A DNA stretch of 64,000 bases from Cyanidioschyzon merolae (Eukaryota): assembly GCA_000091205.1 (NCBI GenBank), contig AP006499.2. One strand, given 5' to 3'. A program made the position numbers and the translations under genes. Below, in pieces: positions 31,895 through 45,300 of this stretch; within the stretch, counting starts at the first letter, position 1, and each line of letters starts with the position of its first letter. Under the pieces are notes generated by a model. The model did not search any database. It saw only the letters and a list, made by a program, of their open reading frames with translations, and was not told where the DNA came from.

Positions 31895-32935
31895 CACCAG
31901 AAAAGTCCAGATGTTTTTCCAATACGTATGATTTGTAGCTGGTTCGTCGCTCTCACAAAATGTATGCAAACGTGATGGGGCATCCAGTACGCGTCGTTGC
32001 TTTCCCTGGCACATATGTCGGCGACGCTTGCTTGCTCTGTGTGTGGCGGAGCACAGTTCCCGATAGAATCCAAGCAGCGTTGCCACCCTCGGAGGGATAC
32101 ATTTCAACAGGTCGCTTTGGGCGGATCCTTTTTCCCAGCGGGTTCTTTGGAGCTGCCGCTCTCGATGCAGCTTCGTGCTGCTGAGCTAAATAAATATTTT
32201 CGGATGCCTGATCCCTAATCCAAGTGAGCATGAGCGCGTGCGGCGTCATCGAGCGCATCACTTTGCAGCGCTGGTTACACAATGGTGAGGATCCCGCTCT
32301 TCGCGTTCCAAATGGGTAACCACAGGGTCTTGGTTTGACCCGGACGACGTCCTTCTCTGTGCCAGTCGAGCATTGCATCAAATCACTGTGACTGGCGCCG
32401 CCACCGCCACCAGAGACTCAACCTCGTTGATCCCCCTGTAAATCCCAATTCGTTCTGCACCAGGATCCGATACGCTCCGAGGTACTTGGTTGGTGCAATG
32501 GGTCTCTAGTGGAAACATCGCAGGCGCATCTGAGAAAACTGTTCAGTGCCTGATACCCGGGATGGTGCCCCGCGTAACCCAGCAACAAGTGATGGATGCA
32601 CACACGTGCGTTACACGGCTATCATTGGCCATACTTGGCTTAGGCGAGCGACCATCAGCGCCCATCTGCCACAGGATCATTTGGTTCGTCAGGCATTTTC
32701 ATTCATGGTTCAAGTTTTCTCGCGAACCGCTTACATCGAACGGTTTCTAACAAGGCGTCCGTTCGGCAACGTCTAGAGAAAAAATCCGGGCCCATCCGAT
32801 GCCCAGCATACCAAACGTGTGCAAACAGGTGCGCTGCTGCAGAAATACACACAACGGATGCGTTCGCTTCCGAACTTGCTTCCCGCAGGCTGCACGTCAA
32901 CGCTGTATGATTGATCGAGTTACCAGAGCAACGCT

Positions 32936-33868
32936 CTAGGCTGCTTCCGCAATGTGTTCTTCGTCACGGGCTGGCGTCGCTAGCTCGGCTCGTGCATCTG
33001 CATTCGTCAGCGAGTTGGACGGTCCCGCGGGAGTGCGCATCTTCCCCGTGACACAAGCGGTTTCCTTGGCCTCAATATTGGCTACTCGTTCAAGATGCAG
33101 CGCCGAATCTCGCGCCAAACTTCTCGAGGTGGGTGCGGACTGCTCGGGTGAGGCGTTTCTTTCACGCGATGGATGCCTCATTTCCTGTGCAGGGCCTGAT
33201 AGTCGCGTATCGGGCGTTAACTCGCGCTCATCTTGTGCTGCAAGTCGATTCGTCACGAGCGGTTGCTGCAATACACGATTCATTGTGAACGCTGCTAACT
33301 CCTGCTCTTGATAGAGCTCCAACAGGGCGCGCTGGGCGTTGGCTTCGACGTCTGGGGTGACCTCACCCTGCAACGCCTGTTCGATGCTCCTCGCGTGCTC
33401 GGCTGCTTCTTGTGTCTCCAGCAGCAAGTCCTCTACACTATGCAAATCGATATGCTCGTTAAGCCTCTTCACAAGCGCCGTGCTTTTCTGGATCTGCAAT
33501 AGTGTCTGTTGCTCCAACTCTGCCGTTTCGATAAGAAGCAGCATCTCTTCGAGACGACTGAGGCACGTTTCCGCGTTTAGAACTGCTCGCTCTTGTACTT
33601 TCATTCGACGTAGCACCAACAGTGCTCGTTCACGGCGGCCTGTAGCGATCAGCGTTCGTGCAACGTCAAGCTCCCGAGCTGCGGCCTCTTCGTAGCGGTT
33701 ACGCAGTTTCGTGACGCGATCACGGGTAGCCTTGATAGCCAGAATCACCTCGTCTCGCTCAGTGATCTCTACCTGGTTCTCTGGGCGCCGGACGTCTTTA
33801 CGTCTGGCTCGTTTCCTGGGTATGACAGCATCAGCAACCGCTCTGTCGCTGACAATGCAGTTTCCCAT
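32936..33868 (-). CDS. CHMP6: ESCRT-III subunit CHMP6/Vps20 (Snf7 family) with N-myristoylation motif and long C-terminal low-complexity tail
   Basis: 'MGNCIVS...' at 33868 (MGxxxS/T myristoylation consensus, as in CHMP6 'MGNLFGRKK'). 'ITERDEVILAIKATRDRVTKL...RRERALLVLRRMKVQERAVLNAETCLSRLEEMLLLIETAELEQQTLLQIQ...LLETQEAAEHARSIEQAL' follows CHMP6 closely. Confidence 0.8.
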   Translation of the reverse strand: MGNCIVSDRAVADAVIPRKRARRKDVRRPENQVEITERDEVILAIKATRDRVTKLRNRYEEAAARELDVARTLIATGRRERALLVLRRMKVQERAVLNAETCLSRLEEMLLLIETAELEQQTLLQIQKSTALVKRLNEHIDLHSVEDLLLETQEAAEHARSIEQALQGEVTPDVEANAQRALLELYQEQELAAFTMNRVLQQPLVTNRLAAQDERELTPDTRLSGPAQEMRHPSRERNASPEQSAPTSRSLARDSALHLERVANIEAKETACVTGKMRTPAGPSNSLTNADARAELATPARDEEHIAEAA

Positions 33869-34651
33869 GGAAAGCTCAACAGCGACAGCGTAATCAATAG
33901 CACCATCGCCATCGTCATCCGAAATCTGCCGTTCTTGTGCTGGCGGTACGCGCTGCCGCGTTCGGGTTCCCGCGGCTCTGACGGCAAGCGTTCCCTCCGG
34001 TCGTGTTGCTTGCATAGGTTCGAGCACCCGTCAAACGTATGCGTACAGTTCGGGAACTGAAACGAATGTTCGTGCTTCAACTTCATCAGACGTTGCGCTG
34101 CTTCCTGGATGGGCTTGTCCCGAAATTTCTCGTCGTTTTTGAGTTCCCACGTGCTGATGCGCAGCGATGCATTCTCGGAGGCTGAGCAGGTCAATGGACC
34201 AGTTCTTCAGGAGCATGGGCGTCACACGCGGGGACTGATGAAACGGGAACTCTTTATCGCATGGAGGGTCCTCTGGTTTCTAATACGCCGGGCGTCGCGA
34301 CAGCATTGGCAGAAGCGTTGCGAATCCTGCGGACTCGAAAGTCTGAATGAGGCCGTGCGAGCGCTGATCTGTGCTGGCTCCTGTCATACAGCGGCAAAGC
34401 GTCGAAGGCGCAACGCTGAAATGACGACCAGGTATCGTCCAACTAGGTGCGAGTTCGTTAGCATTGCTGCTCCACTTCAATTGTCGAATCTATAAATCTA
34501 AAGAAAAGCTCGAAAAACATCGTAAGGAAAGAACAGGATGAGCACCGATGTGTTCCATGATCATGTGGTACGACTTGTATACCTGATTAGAGACGACTGT
34601 CCGACATGCGATCCAGCAGCGTCTGTTTTTGGGCGCCGCGCAGACGCCGCT

Positions 34652-34900
34652 GACGAGCAAGCGCTCCAGGCGCTAACGAGTAATCCGTCATTTCGTGCGC
34701 GTTCATGCCTCAAACCAGCGTTACCGATCTTCAGTCCCAGTGTACATTTGCTTTTGCAAACTCGCAGTTACGACGAGCAAGCGCTCCAGGCGCTAACGAG
34801 TAATCCGTCATTTCGTGCGCGTTCATGCCTCAAACCAGCGTTACCGATCTTCAGTCCCAGTGTACATTTGCTTTTGCAAACTCGCAGTTACGACGAGCCT
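34652..34900. repeat. 120-bp minisatellite, ~2.1 copies
   Basis: The unit 'gacgagcaagcgctccaggcgctaacgagtaatccgtcatttcgtgcgcgttcatgcctcaaaccagcgttaccgatcttcagtcccagtgtacatttgcttttgcaaactcgcagttac' sits at 34652 and 34772 with a partial third copy. Confidence 0.9.
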
Positions 34901-37569
34901 ACTGCGAAAGCGATGTGGCCTCTGGTTGCTCGCCCTGCATGGAAACGCACCTTCGATTTTCTCGCCATGTGACGTTCGATCAGCTCACCACACACCGTAT
35001 CGCGCATCCGACTACGCTCTATAGTCTTCTTCTGTACTGGTTTCAGCGCACGCCCGTACTCGTGGTTCGAGTACGTCGTACTGAATTCATGGATGGGAAT
35101 CGTGCAGCACCGAAACCTGCACGCGTTGGACGCGCTCGTCGAAATGGGCAGCGGCGCAGTATTTGCGAGTTTCAGCCTGTCCCGTGCCAAGGGCTGCTGC
35201 AAAATGACGCAAATTTTTGAGCTACTCCTTTTCCAGCTCGTTGAATAGCAAGGCGAATGTCCGCCTCGTGCCTCCCTACATCCGAAACATTACGAGGCTC
35301 TGGCGCGGTCGGATATACTCTTGCCAAAAGTCGTCGAAACGAACAATTTGGACGCTCATTTACTCACTGAATGCAGCGTACCATACCAATCGTTGCTTCT
35401 CGATACAGTGACGAGAGCGTCGAGATCGGTCCTGCCGTCGTCATGCCACTTGTTGATATGCTTCCTCACGACCACTGGGCCCGAACTTAGATAATATCGA
35501 GGCTCAGAAAAAAAGTCAGGCCGTGGTGCATCTTCAGTACCGCCCGTCGGTTGTTCCACAAAGGTTTGACCGAGGAATTCTGGGGGCATGTGAGCGCCTG
35601 GTAGCACCTCGCCCCGAACTCCGACAATCATCTCACTGACGTTGTACGTCAAGGCAAGTGGGGCCGAACAAGACCTTCCCGAAAAAGAAGCTGCAGAGTC
35701 CTTCATGGCTTCCCGCATCTCACAGTTTTGTAAGATTCTTCCCGTAGATGCGTTTTCGTACGGAGCTCTTGCCAATGATTTCACGCAGATCCTTTCACAC
35801 AGGCCGTTTTGCGTTCACGTACTTTCTCGTCCTCTTTCTGAGCGGATCTTTCTCTTCTTTCTTCTGTGGTTTCTTCACTGTCTCGTTTGCATGATGGAAG
35901 GGCACGGGTGCCGTCGCTTAGCTCTATGTCCGTTTCTCCCTTGGGTCCTAGACGCACTGGATGGATGTTGCGACGGATCTTGGCTTTCTCTATCTTTGTA
36001 TCCACTATACTTCGAGCATCTTTTCGCCAACAACCCCGATGCAAGCACGTCTGCGAACCGAAATGCGCCTTTCCATTCTCTTCTGCTATCGAGCACATAC
36101 GCAACGCCGTTGCTCACGGCTAGTGAGGCTAATGAACGGCTTTCCAGAGAAAAATTCGTCTACGAACGGTGTCACGGATGCGAATGAATCGTCTATGGAT
36201 GCGAAAGCTTACAAACGGCGTTTGACAGCATAGAAGCTGCTTCCGATTTGATACAACCAAGGAGAATAGGCTGCCACAAAGTGCAGATTAACGCCATCAC
36301 CGGCTGTGCGCTCTCTGGCCAGTTTTCGGGATGCAAAGCGACGTAGTCTACGAGCCGGACAGAAGACCACCGGAAGAAGAACCCGCAATGCGCTCCGATG
36401 AAGGAAGAGGCGTCAAACGATCCCGTCTGTTTGGGGATGATTCGGTGAGCAAACGACAGCATCGCCGCTCGGGCTGATGTCGCTTTCATTCCCGCTTGTC
36501 TTTTCTTTACGAAGAGCGGTGTGCCGCTACTCTAGGACCCCAACACAGGTCTACCATTTCTCCGGAATGAAGTCAGGTCGACTAAAACGAACATCCGTGC
36601 CACGTGTCGTCAGCGTTCGTGTTCCAGTACGAATTCGCTGGAGTGCGCTTCGTCAGCGTGCGATGCGCTCCCGAAGAAGCGCGCGTCGTTCTTCGCCTAT
36701 CTGCATCGCTTCACCACTGTTCGTTATCAAGGGTATGGAAACGTTGCATGCATGCTGTGGGTTTTTGGTAGTATTTCATAGAGAACGGATGCAGTGGCAT
36801 TGCCTGGCGAGGAAACTGTTGTATATATTGATTCTGATGAGTTCGAGTTCGATTGCTTGACGCTGAGCATATCGCCTAAGCGAACGTTCCTTCATCAACT
36901 TGCTGAAAGTTCAGTAGCTGATTCGTAAGAGGATGACCTGTTTCCGCAATCAAGCAGCAACAGCATAAAATCTTTCCACATTCTCACTCCATTCCGAAGG
37001 ATACAGTTATTTTGTTGCATACCTGCGAAGAAATAAACCAGGACAAAAAGTATATTCTGGTTGAGGTATTCTGGTACCACCGATTATGAGCGTAACGGTA
37101 GCGGCAGCGCGTCCGTGGGCATCGCCGCTGTCGCTCTTCGAACCGACGCCCTTTGTGGTTCGGCACTGCCGTTCTGTCTCCGTGCAGCGACCGCACCGGC
37201 GCTACAGGCGCTATTGCTGCCGGTTTCGGCAGGCTCGGCACACGATAGGGCGTATGAAACGACCAGAATATCCGAGATGAAGTATAGGTCATGTAACCTG
37301 AGAGTAGGAGGTTGATGGCTACCTCACCGCACACTGAAAGAAAAACACACACAAAGAAAATAAGAAACGAAAAATGCGCATAATCGGAGAACGCTGGCCT
37401 ATGGAAACGTTTTGTCCATGAAAAGAAAATGTGCCGCTGTCGCTGCGATCGGGTTGAAGGGCAGCGCGCCGGCGGCGGCGGCGGCAGCGCCAGCGACCCT
37501 AGACACTAGTCATAACCTCGCCGCTGCTGACATCATTCTATTGCCGCTGCGGCCTTTCAGAGCTTTTTG

Positions 37570-39234
37570 ATGGGCAAGCTCTACCTTCTTTTCGAGGCAG
37601 CGTCGGGATATGCGATCTTTCGAGTGGTGGAGGCTGAAGACGTAGCATCTGGTACGACTGCGGTACAGTCCTCGTGGGGAGACTTCCACCGCTTTGCGAG
37701 CATCGTCAAGTTGCGAGCCTTCGAGCCGTACGTCTCAGCGGACCAGGCACTTGAGGACGTGAGTGCCGTGTCGGAAAATCGAGTGACGCCTTTCCTACTT
37801 GAGTTCGTTCGCGGTTATTTTGGCTCGAAAAGATGTCTTCTGGGAGTCTCGGAACCGCGGTTTGGCGCAGCGCTCCAGGAACAACTGGGAAAGAAGCACG
37901 TGAGAGTTGTTGCGGACGAACACATCCAGGAGCTTTTGCGAAACATCCGGCAGCACTTCGAGAAGTTTCTCAGTGCGGAGGTCTCGAGCGAGGAGCTCTC
38001 GAAAGCACAGCTCGGTCTGGCTCACGCGTTATCCCGTTCGCGCATCCAGTTCAATCCGCAGCGCAATGATCACGCCGTCGTCCAAGCGATTCATCTTATC
38101 GACCAGCTTGACAAGGATATCAATACTTTTGGGATGCGTGTCCGCGAGTGGTACTCCTGGCACTTCCCTGAACTTGCGAAGCTCGTGAGCGATATCGTTC
38201 TCTACTGCCGTTTGGTGTGTGCTCTGGGCATGCGCTCCGAAATGACGACGAAGCAGGAGGAGGACGTGAATAGCCTGCTCCATGGCGATGAGGAGCTCAC
38301 GCAGCGGATTCTTCGTGCAGCCCGCTCCTCAATGGGAACGGAAATCAGCCCTCTGGACATCATTCAGATCCGTTTGTTTGCGCAGAGAGTGATTCAAATG
38401 GCAACCTATCGGGACCATCTGCAGGGCTATCTTGGTCAGCGCTTATCGCTGATTGCACCGAGTTTGCGGGCGTTGCTCGGTGATCACGTCGCAGCGCGAC
38501 TCATTGCGCATGCTGGCTCTCTGGTGAACCTAGCAAAGTATCCTGCATCAACTGTGCAGATCCTTGGCGCAGAAAAGGCGCTTTTCCGGGCTCTAAAGCA
38601 AGCACGGGGAAAGCGGCTCGCGCGAACGCCCAAGTATGGGTTACTCTTCAATTCGACATTCATTGCCAAGGCAAAGCAACGAGCCAAAGGTCGCATTTCG
38701 CGTTACCTGGCGAATAAAGTGAGCTTGGCAAGCCGCATCGACTGCTTCCGCTCCGATAGAATCGGCGACACATTCGGTCGCAAGTTGCGAGAGCAGGTCG
38801 AGGAGCGGCTCCAGTTCTATGAAAAAGGCTTGCGACCTCGGCGCAATGCGGCCGTAATGACTGAGGCCATGAACGAGGCGCTTGCCACCAGCGCCATGGA
38901 TGACATGCGTGGAAGCGATATCGAGGAAACTCCGAGACCTGCAGCCGCTGGCCTACGCGCTGATCGGCTGGAAAATTCTTTGCTTGTTTTTGGCTCGGCA
39001 ACCAATGCGGATGCAGAAGGCGTACCGGAATCTGCGGCCCCGGAGACGCCAGCCCATGACGTCATGATGCGGAAACGAAGCCACGATGACACATCGTTCG
39101 TTGATGCGGGTGACGCCCATTTGACGACACTGGGAGCCCAGGATAGTTCTCGAGAAGCAATTCCTCGTGAAGCCCCGCGGAAGAAGAAGAAACAAGACAA
39201 ACATCGCGCCGAGGCGGTGCACGAAACCGTGTGA
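37570..39234 (+). CDS. NOP56: Box C/D snoRNP protein Nop56 (NOP5NT + Nop domain, K-rich C-terminus)
   Basis: 'QLDKDINTFGMRVREWYSWHFPELAKLVSDIVLYCRLV', 'GARLIAHAGSLVNLAKYPASTVQILGAEKALFRALK' and 'KGRISRYLANKVSLASRIDCF...KLREQVEERLQFYEKG' match human NOP56 nearly residue-for-residue and match it better than NOP58. The C-terminus ends in KKKK. ATG at 37570. Confidence 0.85.
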   Translation: MGKLYLLFEAASGYAIFRVVEAEDVASGTTAVQSSWGDFHRFASIVKLRAFEPYVSADQALEDVSAVSENRVTPFLLEFVRGYFGSKRCLLGVSEPRFGAALQEQLGKKHVRVVADEHIQELLRNIRQHFEKFLSAEVSSEELSKAQLGLAHALSRSRIQFNPQRNDHAVVQAIHLIDQLDKDINTFGMRVREWYSWHFPELAKLVSDIVLYCRLVCALGMRSEMTTKQEEDVNSLLHGDEELTQRILRAARSSMGTEISPLDIIQIRLFAQRVIQMATYRDHLQGYLGQRLSLIAPSLRALLGDHVAARLIAHAGSLVNLAKYPASTVQILGAEKALFRALKQARGKRLARTPKYGLLFNSTFIAKAKQRAKGRISRYLANKVSLASRIDCFRSDRIGDTFGRKLREQVEERLQFYEKGLRPRRNAAVMTEAMNEALATSAMDDMRGSDIEETPRPAAAGLRADRLENSLLVFGSATNADAEGVPESAAPETPAHDVMMRKRSHDDTSFVDAGDAHLTTLGAQDSSREAIPREAPRKKKKQDKHRAEAVHETV

Positions 39235-40829
39235 CCAAGCAGGCGCAAGGATACTATCTAAATGCTCTGGGCACCGTTTGCCACTCACTGGTTAGAATGA
39301 CGGTGCCGTATCCGTGCTACAGGTGCAGAAGATATCGGTAGAGGGAGAGCGAACGTTCTCTGAAACCAAGTTCGTCTCAGAGCGTTGAGCTCTGGTACAT
39401 CTGTATCAGCATGCTGCTTTTCCTTTTGTTTGTGTTTCTTGCAGGCATTCAATAAAAGGCATGCATCTTGTAGATCTGAGAAAGGTCGCGGAAAGATCAC
39501 GCTGTCATTGTCAGCAGCAGAAAATGGTCGCTCTCATACGAGGCAGTTATTCTGTGATCAGATGGTGGATGAACCACGCTTCTCGAAGAGCTGAACGTCG
39601 TGCACGCCAAAAAGAACTTGTGAAACTCTCTTCACACGATTTTCTCTTCCTTAATTCATTCCAATCCATCTGTACACTGAGAAACACGACCAAACAAGCC
39701 GCAGGCTGTGAGGATGATGCATCGTTGGTACCACCGGTGATGAAAAGGCACGGATGGAAAACGTGAACAGCACACCTCTTTGGAAGACACTGGCCCTATC
39801 AAAGCTACACGATCGATTTCTTTATGTGATGTGGATCCGTATTCACCAACGGGCGGATATCCGTCCTACTCTATGCAACCTTATTCAGGAGCATTACCAG
39901 ATTTGCGTAGGAGTCCTCCAGGAGGGCCAAATCGAGCTTCGTCGAGAAGCGACACGCGCGCGTTCCGACGACATCACCCGTGGCGGCAATGCTCTGATGC
40001 GGTTCCTTCCAAGTCGCCAGACTGACAAGATCGCTCGACACCGCATCCTCCGTTGAGGCGCTCGTCTCGGATTTGACGTTTCGCATGCTTCGGGCCTGAT
40101 CCCAGACGACATCTCTTTCCGTCACTAAAAAGCGGTCAACGAGCACGCAAAAGAGAAAAGCGTTGCGCTGCTCTTCCTCCGAATCCAGTCACTTTCGATG
40201 AACCCAGCCAAAGGCATGCCAGTCCTGTCTCCGAATCACCTCTGTTCTGGCCCTACAGACGCTATTCCGGATGATCAAGGCAGACTCGGCGACTGGTGGA
40301 ACATACGACATAGCCGTCATTACCGAAAACAAGTACGTGTGGAAGCTGGTGGTACCCTGGGGCACGCTGCAAAAATGATAGACGCGCTCCCCGATGTCGA
40401 TCACGTACCACGCTCTCCGGAACTCGCTTTTCACGCCACCGTTCTACGAATGTTGAGCGTGCATCAGATCATCGCTCCTCGCGTATCACACTGACCGGGA
40501 TTCCTGTTTCATGGCAAAGTTCCGTGGATTGCAAACAGCCACGGGATCAGCGGATCCGCCTCCGCGTTGCCGCTGCCGTTCCTGGACGAAAACGATGGTG
40601 CTGGTGCGCCGCCCAGCCACCCGGCTCTGTCTTGCCGATACGCAACACTTTCCAGCAGCGCTGTACATGTGTTGCCGCTGTTGTGCGCTTTCACCGATGA
40701 CTGTAGAGCACGCGGCGTCCGACTTGCTCGCATATAGCCTACGGTTTTGGAACTAGCGTATAACGCGTTTGTGCTCGTCTTGGCCACTCCATTGACCCGT
40801 TTACGACCCAGCGTCCAGGGTTGCCAGAT

Positions 40830-41456
40830 ATGGCGCTCGACTTGGCAGCCGACCCAGAGGCGTTTCGGCAACTCGAGTCTACCCACCAGATCGTCGTCGT
40901 TGTCTTCTACCGGGGACGCTGGTGTGCGGTTTGCTGCGCTTGGCTTTCGCGATTCCAGGATACGCAACCGGCACTGGAAACCTTTCTGGAACAACATGAC
41001 GCGTGTTTGGTTTTTGTCTCCGCCCAGGAAGCGTCCGAGATGCATCGCCTGGTTGACAACATACCCTGTCTCAAATGTGAACGTGTTTATTTGCTTGCAG
41101 ATGAGCGTACCGAGTTCACGCGCTGGTGGAACAAGCGCGGTTACGGTCAAGTCTTCATTTCACCGACCACAAAGCAATATGGGTATCGATATTCGCACGG
41201 ACTCTTGCAACCAGCCTTGTTCATTCTTCATCATGGCGAGTGTATGTACAAGTGGTGCAGCCTCCCGAATGTGCGGAATCTGGGCGGCGCCACTGGACGT
41301 CCGGATCCTCCGCTTGTCTTGGCAGCGGTGACCGAGCGCTTCGCCTCTGATGCAGCAGGGTCGCTTGCTGGCGGTGAAAGGACGATGCCAGCTACACGGG
41401 AACGTACATGGGTGTTTTTCCGCCGCATTGTTCGTAGGTTATTCGGGAAATTTTAA
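40830..41456 (+). CDS. Thioredoxin-fold redoxin/AhpC-TSA-like protein (PRXL2/AAED1-like) with CxxC
   Basis: 'VVVVFYRGRWCAVCCAWLSRF' is an [F/Y]..G..C..C-type redox motif on a thioredoxin-like fold, consistent with 'LVFVSAQEASEMHRL'. ATG at 40830. Confidence 0.5.
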   Translation: MALDLAADPEAFRQLESTHQIVVVVFYRGRWCAVCCAWLSRFQDTQPALETFLEQHDACLVFVSAQEASEMHRLVDNIPCLKCERVYLLADERTEFTRWWNKRGYGQVFISPTTKQYGYRYSHGLLQPALFILHHGECMYKWCSLPNVRNLGGATGRPDPPLVLAAVTERFASDAAGSLAGGERTMPATRERTWVFFRRIVRRLFGKF

Positions 41457-42387
41457 TATGCATATGGATCTACAGGTAGACAGCGTGCATGCTGGGCATC
41501 GCGGGAGCGCTCCACTGCGCTTCGATATGGCGATTCGATGGCGCTCGCTGGCAGCGGATTCCCCGCTCAGCCGTACCCATGATGACCCGCTCCTGGGTGA
41601 CGTCCATTGCAGCAATACCTGCCTCGCTGCGAGCATTCATGGTCATTGTGGTATGCCAAAGGTCCCTGGGTTGACCAAGCCCGCTTTGCGTCAGCGGGAA
41701 TGCACTGGAACGGGCGGTGCTTGGAAACGTTCGCGTCGGCGCTGGGGGCCAGGCGCTGCTAATCCGCAGCAATGCTACCTGCTGGAGGGACTAGTTCCAC
41801 TGATTCATTGGATATTGCGAGCAATAAAATATAGTGAGATCGCAAGGCGACCAGACCTTGGGACTCGGTGTTCGCGCTCATGCCTGAACGAGCAGATACT
41901 GCGGAGAAGCGACGCTTGATCCCGCCATCCGCGAGGCAACTAGCGCGGTAACGGAGTACCTCAGCCGGCCCTGGCGCATCAGCATGGACGCTCGGCCATC
42001 CGCATGGGACAACTGCTTTTCTGTGGCATGCCTTCCATGCCACTCGCCGTGTCAAGCGTCGTGCCACTGCTGCTGATTCTGATGCAAGCCGCATACGCTG
42101 GAGGCGGTCAGCAACTGCATCGAAGGTCGGCTTCGTACTCCTGCGGATCCCGGGCGACAGCCCATGCGGTGCACATGAACCCGCCACGAGGCAGTGTTTT
42201 CTACTCTGGCGAACGACGACTTGCTGCAAGGCAGCTGTGACAACAGGGAATTCGGATCCAGCGCTTATGATGAAAGCAGCCGCCGTACCGTGGCTAGTCT
42301 CGGTAGACAGAAATAGACCATCTGCGGGCACGCATTCTCCAGGCCAGCGCTGCCGCGTGGTGGTATTGTGTCGGAGAGCTGCCGGCC

Positions 42388-45300
42388 TCAGCGGGCAGTT
42401 ACAACCAGTGGACCGGGATACGCAAACGGCAGCTCGCTGGCTTCCCTGCGCCCGGTAGTCTCATTCAGCGAGTGATGCTGGATTTGACTCAGGCCCTGCC
42501 GGTTCCGAGTCACATAGATGTACGAGTCAGCGTACTCCCGAATATGAAGATAATCGAGGAAGCGCTCTTCATGGGTTATGAGTATAAGCTGAAAATTGCG
42601 TTGCTGTGCACGTTGTTGGATCAAGAGAGATAGCGATGCAGCGAGCGCTTTCACGTGGCTCTCGTCCAGGTTGGTCGTCGGCTCATCGAGCGCGAGGACC
42701 CCGCAGGCGTTCCCAAAGTTTTCCGCCAGCGCAAGGCGGATCAAGAGACATGCGAGCACTTTTTGTCCAGCCGAGCAGCGACCACGCATATCAAGCCAGG
42801 TATCACCCTGGCGCATCACTACCCTGTAGTGATAGGTCCGACGACCCATTGGAAGCGAGTCCGCCACAAAGTCGGATCGTATCTCGATTTCCTCGATATC
42901 GGAGCCGAGGTAGGTGCTCTGCCAGAGCTCCCGCAGCACTCGATTGATGCTGCGCATCTTGAGATCGTGATAGCGCATGATGGCCAAGTCCAGCGCCCGA
43001 TGGTAATTGCGCAAATCCCTGCAGACCAGCTCGATCACGTCACACTGCAAACGAAGCGCTTGGAACTGTTGCTCCGCTTGTGCAAAAACGTCCGCATCGA
43101 GTTCCACGGTGAGTGCCCGCAACTGCTCTGCGAGTAAATCACGCTGACCACGCAAATGATGAACTTTTTCCCGGAGCGTATCGGCTTCCGCTTTTGCCGC
43201 CTCTAACGCGGACACGTGCGGATCGTGTTCATCGGTCATTGGCAGGGTGCTTGCTAGCTCCACGTCTTTCTGTTGCAATTCGACGAGCATTTCCTGCAAC
43301 TGGCGGTACCGAAGGTTGTCGCGCACTTGACGCAGATACGAATCGGCGTTCTGGCGTTGCCCGGCCCACTGAGCTACAACCTGCACTGCCTGCGCTTCTT
43401 CGGCGAGCGTCTGTATGATTTGCTCGCGGCAGGTCTCGAGCTGCTTGTGGGCAAGTTTGTGTGCGTCACCTTCGAATCGTCTCGACTCTTGGATGTAGAC
43501 TTGAAGTCGGTTTTCAAGACGGATAAGATCTGTATGGATTGCTCGGTGTCGCGAACGAACGGCTTCCAGACGCGCCAACAACGCTGCACTCGCCGGTGGC
43601 GCTGCCTGCAACAGAGCTTCCTCTACTTTTTGATCCAACGCGCAAAGGGAAGCCTGCTTTTCTGATCGCTGTTTGCGTTTTTCCGCCAGACATGCTTCCA
43701 GCTGGTCACGGTCATGCTGCTTGGCGCGCTCCGCAGTGAGTTCCTTCTCAGTGGTCTGGATTAGATCATGGAGCTCTTGAGCGCGTACAAGGAGCTCTTG
43801 GCGACGCCCAAGCAGCGTGTCGAGTTCCCCCCGCAACGAAGTCTCTTCTCTTGCCAAAGCGTCCCCCGCGGACGTCGGTTGATGCGGTGCTTCGCGGGTG
43901 TCGACTTCCAATGCTGCAACTACCGGCGACGAAGCTGCGATTCCGGATGCCGAGCTGGGCCCCGATGGTGCCATCTCCTGACGCAAATGAGCCAAACGTC
44001 GCGCATACCAGAGGAGCTCTCGGGCATCGGCCAGTTCATGTTCAGCGACTTGCTGATCCGTTCGTTCGCTCCGTCTCGCATCTTCTAAGCGCTGGATCTC
44101 GGATTCGGCGCTGCGAATGCGAGAGATGCTTCGCTGCTCCTGTAAAGTGATCGCAGCACGCTCCTCCAGCAAACGCCACTGATGCTCCGCCCTGTTCAAA
44201 GCATCCTGAACGTATTCCAAGGAGTCGGAGTCTGCCGCCTGGGTCAACGTATTTCGTACTCGAGCTAGGGCGGACTCGACATTGGCCGCCTCGGCCATAC
44301 CGCTGAAAGCGCGGTCGCATAGCGGACAGGTTTTCTGTTCGTGCACGCGCTTGCGCATTTCTTCGAGCCAATTCGCTTGTCCGTCACGTTCTAGGGCTGT
44401 GCTCTCCAGCTCGAGATGTCGACGTTTCAGCGCTGAAATTTGAGATTTGAGGCACTCTGCATCCACTGTGCCTGGTTGCACACTTGCGTCGATTTCTCGC
44501 AGGCGGCTGCGCATCGAGAGCAGCCGTTCGCTTTCTTTGTCGCAAATAGCGCGCCGCAAGCGCATCTCCAGTTCCGTGCCCATGATGCGATTGCGTACGG
44601 CTGATAGATTGCGTTCGGCGGAGGCGAGACGATCTTGCGCTTCGGAAACGGAGCAGGATGGTAGCCGCCTCTGCTCCAGTAATCGTTGAATGGATGCTTC
44701 CTCTTCCTCGCGAAACTTTTGGAATGCCGCGGCTATCGCGCTTGCATTCGTGTCACCACGAGTAGCCGTGTGCGTCACGTCATTTCGACGAGAGGCCAGG
44801 TTTTTCGTGCGTACTTCGAAAATTTGTTCAAGACGTTTCCGAATAGTAGACATTCGGTCCATGTCGGTCTGGTTCGAAAGCTCTTCGTCCACCTGCTGCT
44901 TTTCTGCCTGAAACTGGACTAAAAGCGCCGATTTCATCGCCACAATCTCGACATTCATCGGGAGCGACTGCAAGCGTGCAGCGGTTTCCGCGCATGCTTC
45001 CTCCAGAGTGGCGATTTCGTTCCGAATCTGCTGCGCCTGACGCTGATCGGATTCCAGTTCGAGCTTCAATTTTTGTTCACGCTGGAGTGCATCCTCCCAG
45101 AGGCGCTTGAAGTGCTCCATTTCCCGTTCGCAGTCATTGCGAGAACGCTCCAGGATATGGATTAGATCCTTGGCACTCCGCTCAATGGCTCCTTCTCCTA
45201 TGTCCGTGCCATCAATCGAATGGCTTTTCCGGATTTCCCGCAGCAATTCAGCACATGATGCACGCTGCCGCTCTATGGCTGCCTGTTGGCAGCTGTAAGC

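Noticed and set aside
35356-35784. 142-aa minus-strand ORF 'MKSLARAPYENAST...KHINKWHDDGRTDL'
   Set aside because: No recognisable family and a GTG start. It may be real, so it is mentioned under the 33.9-37.5 kb interval finding, but evidence is insufficient to list it as a feature.
40509-41150. 213-aa minus-strand ORF
   Set aside because: It overlaps the redoxin-like + strand gene and the upstream region, has no domain signal, and is a GC-rich open frame.
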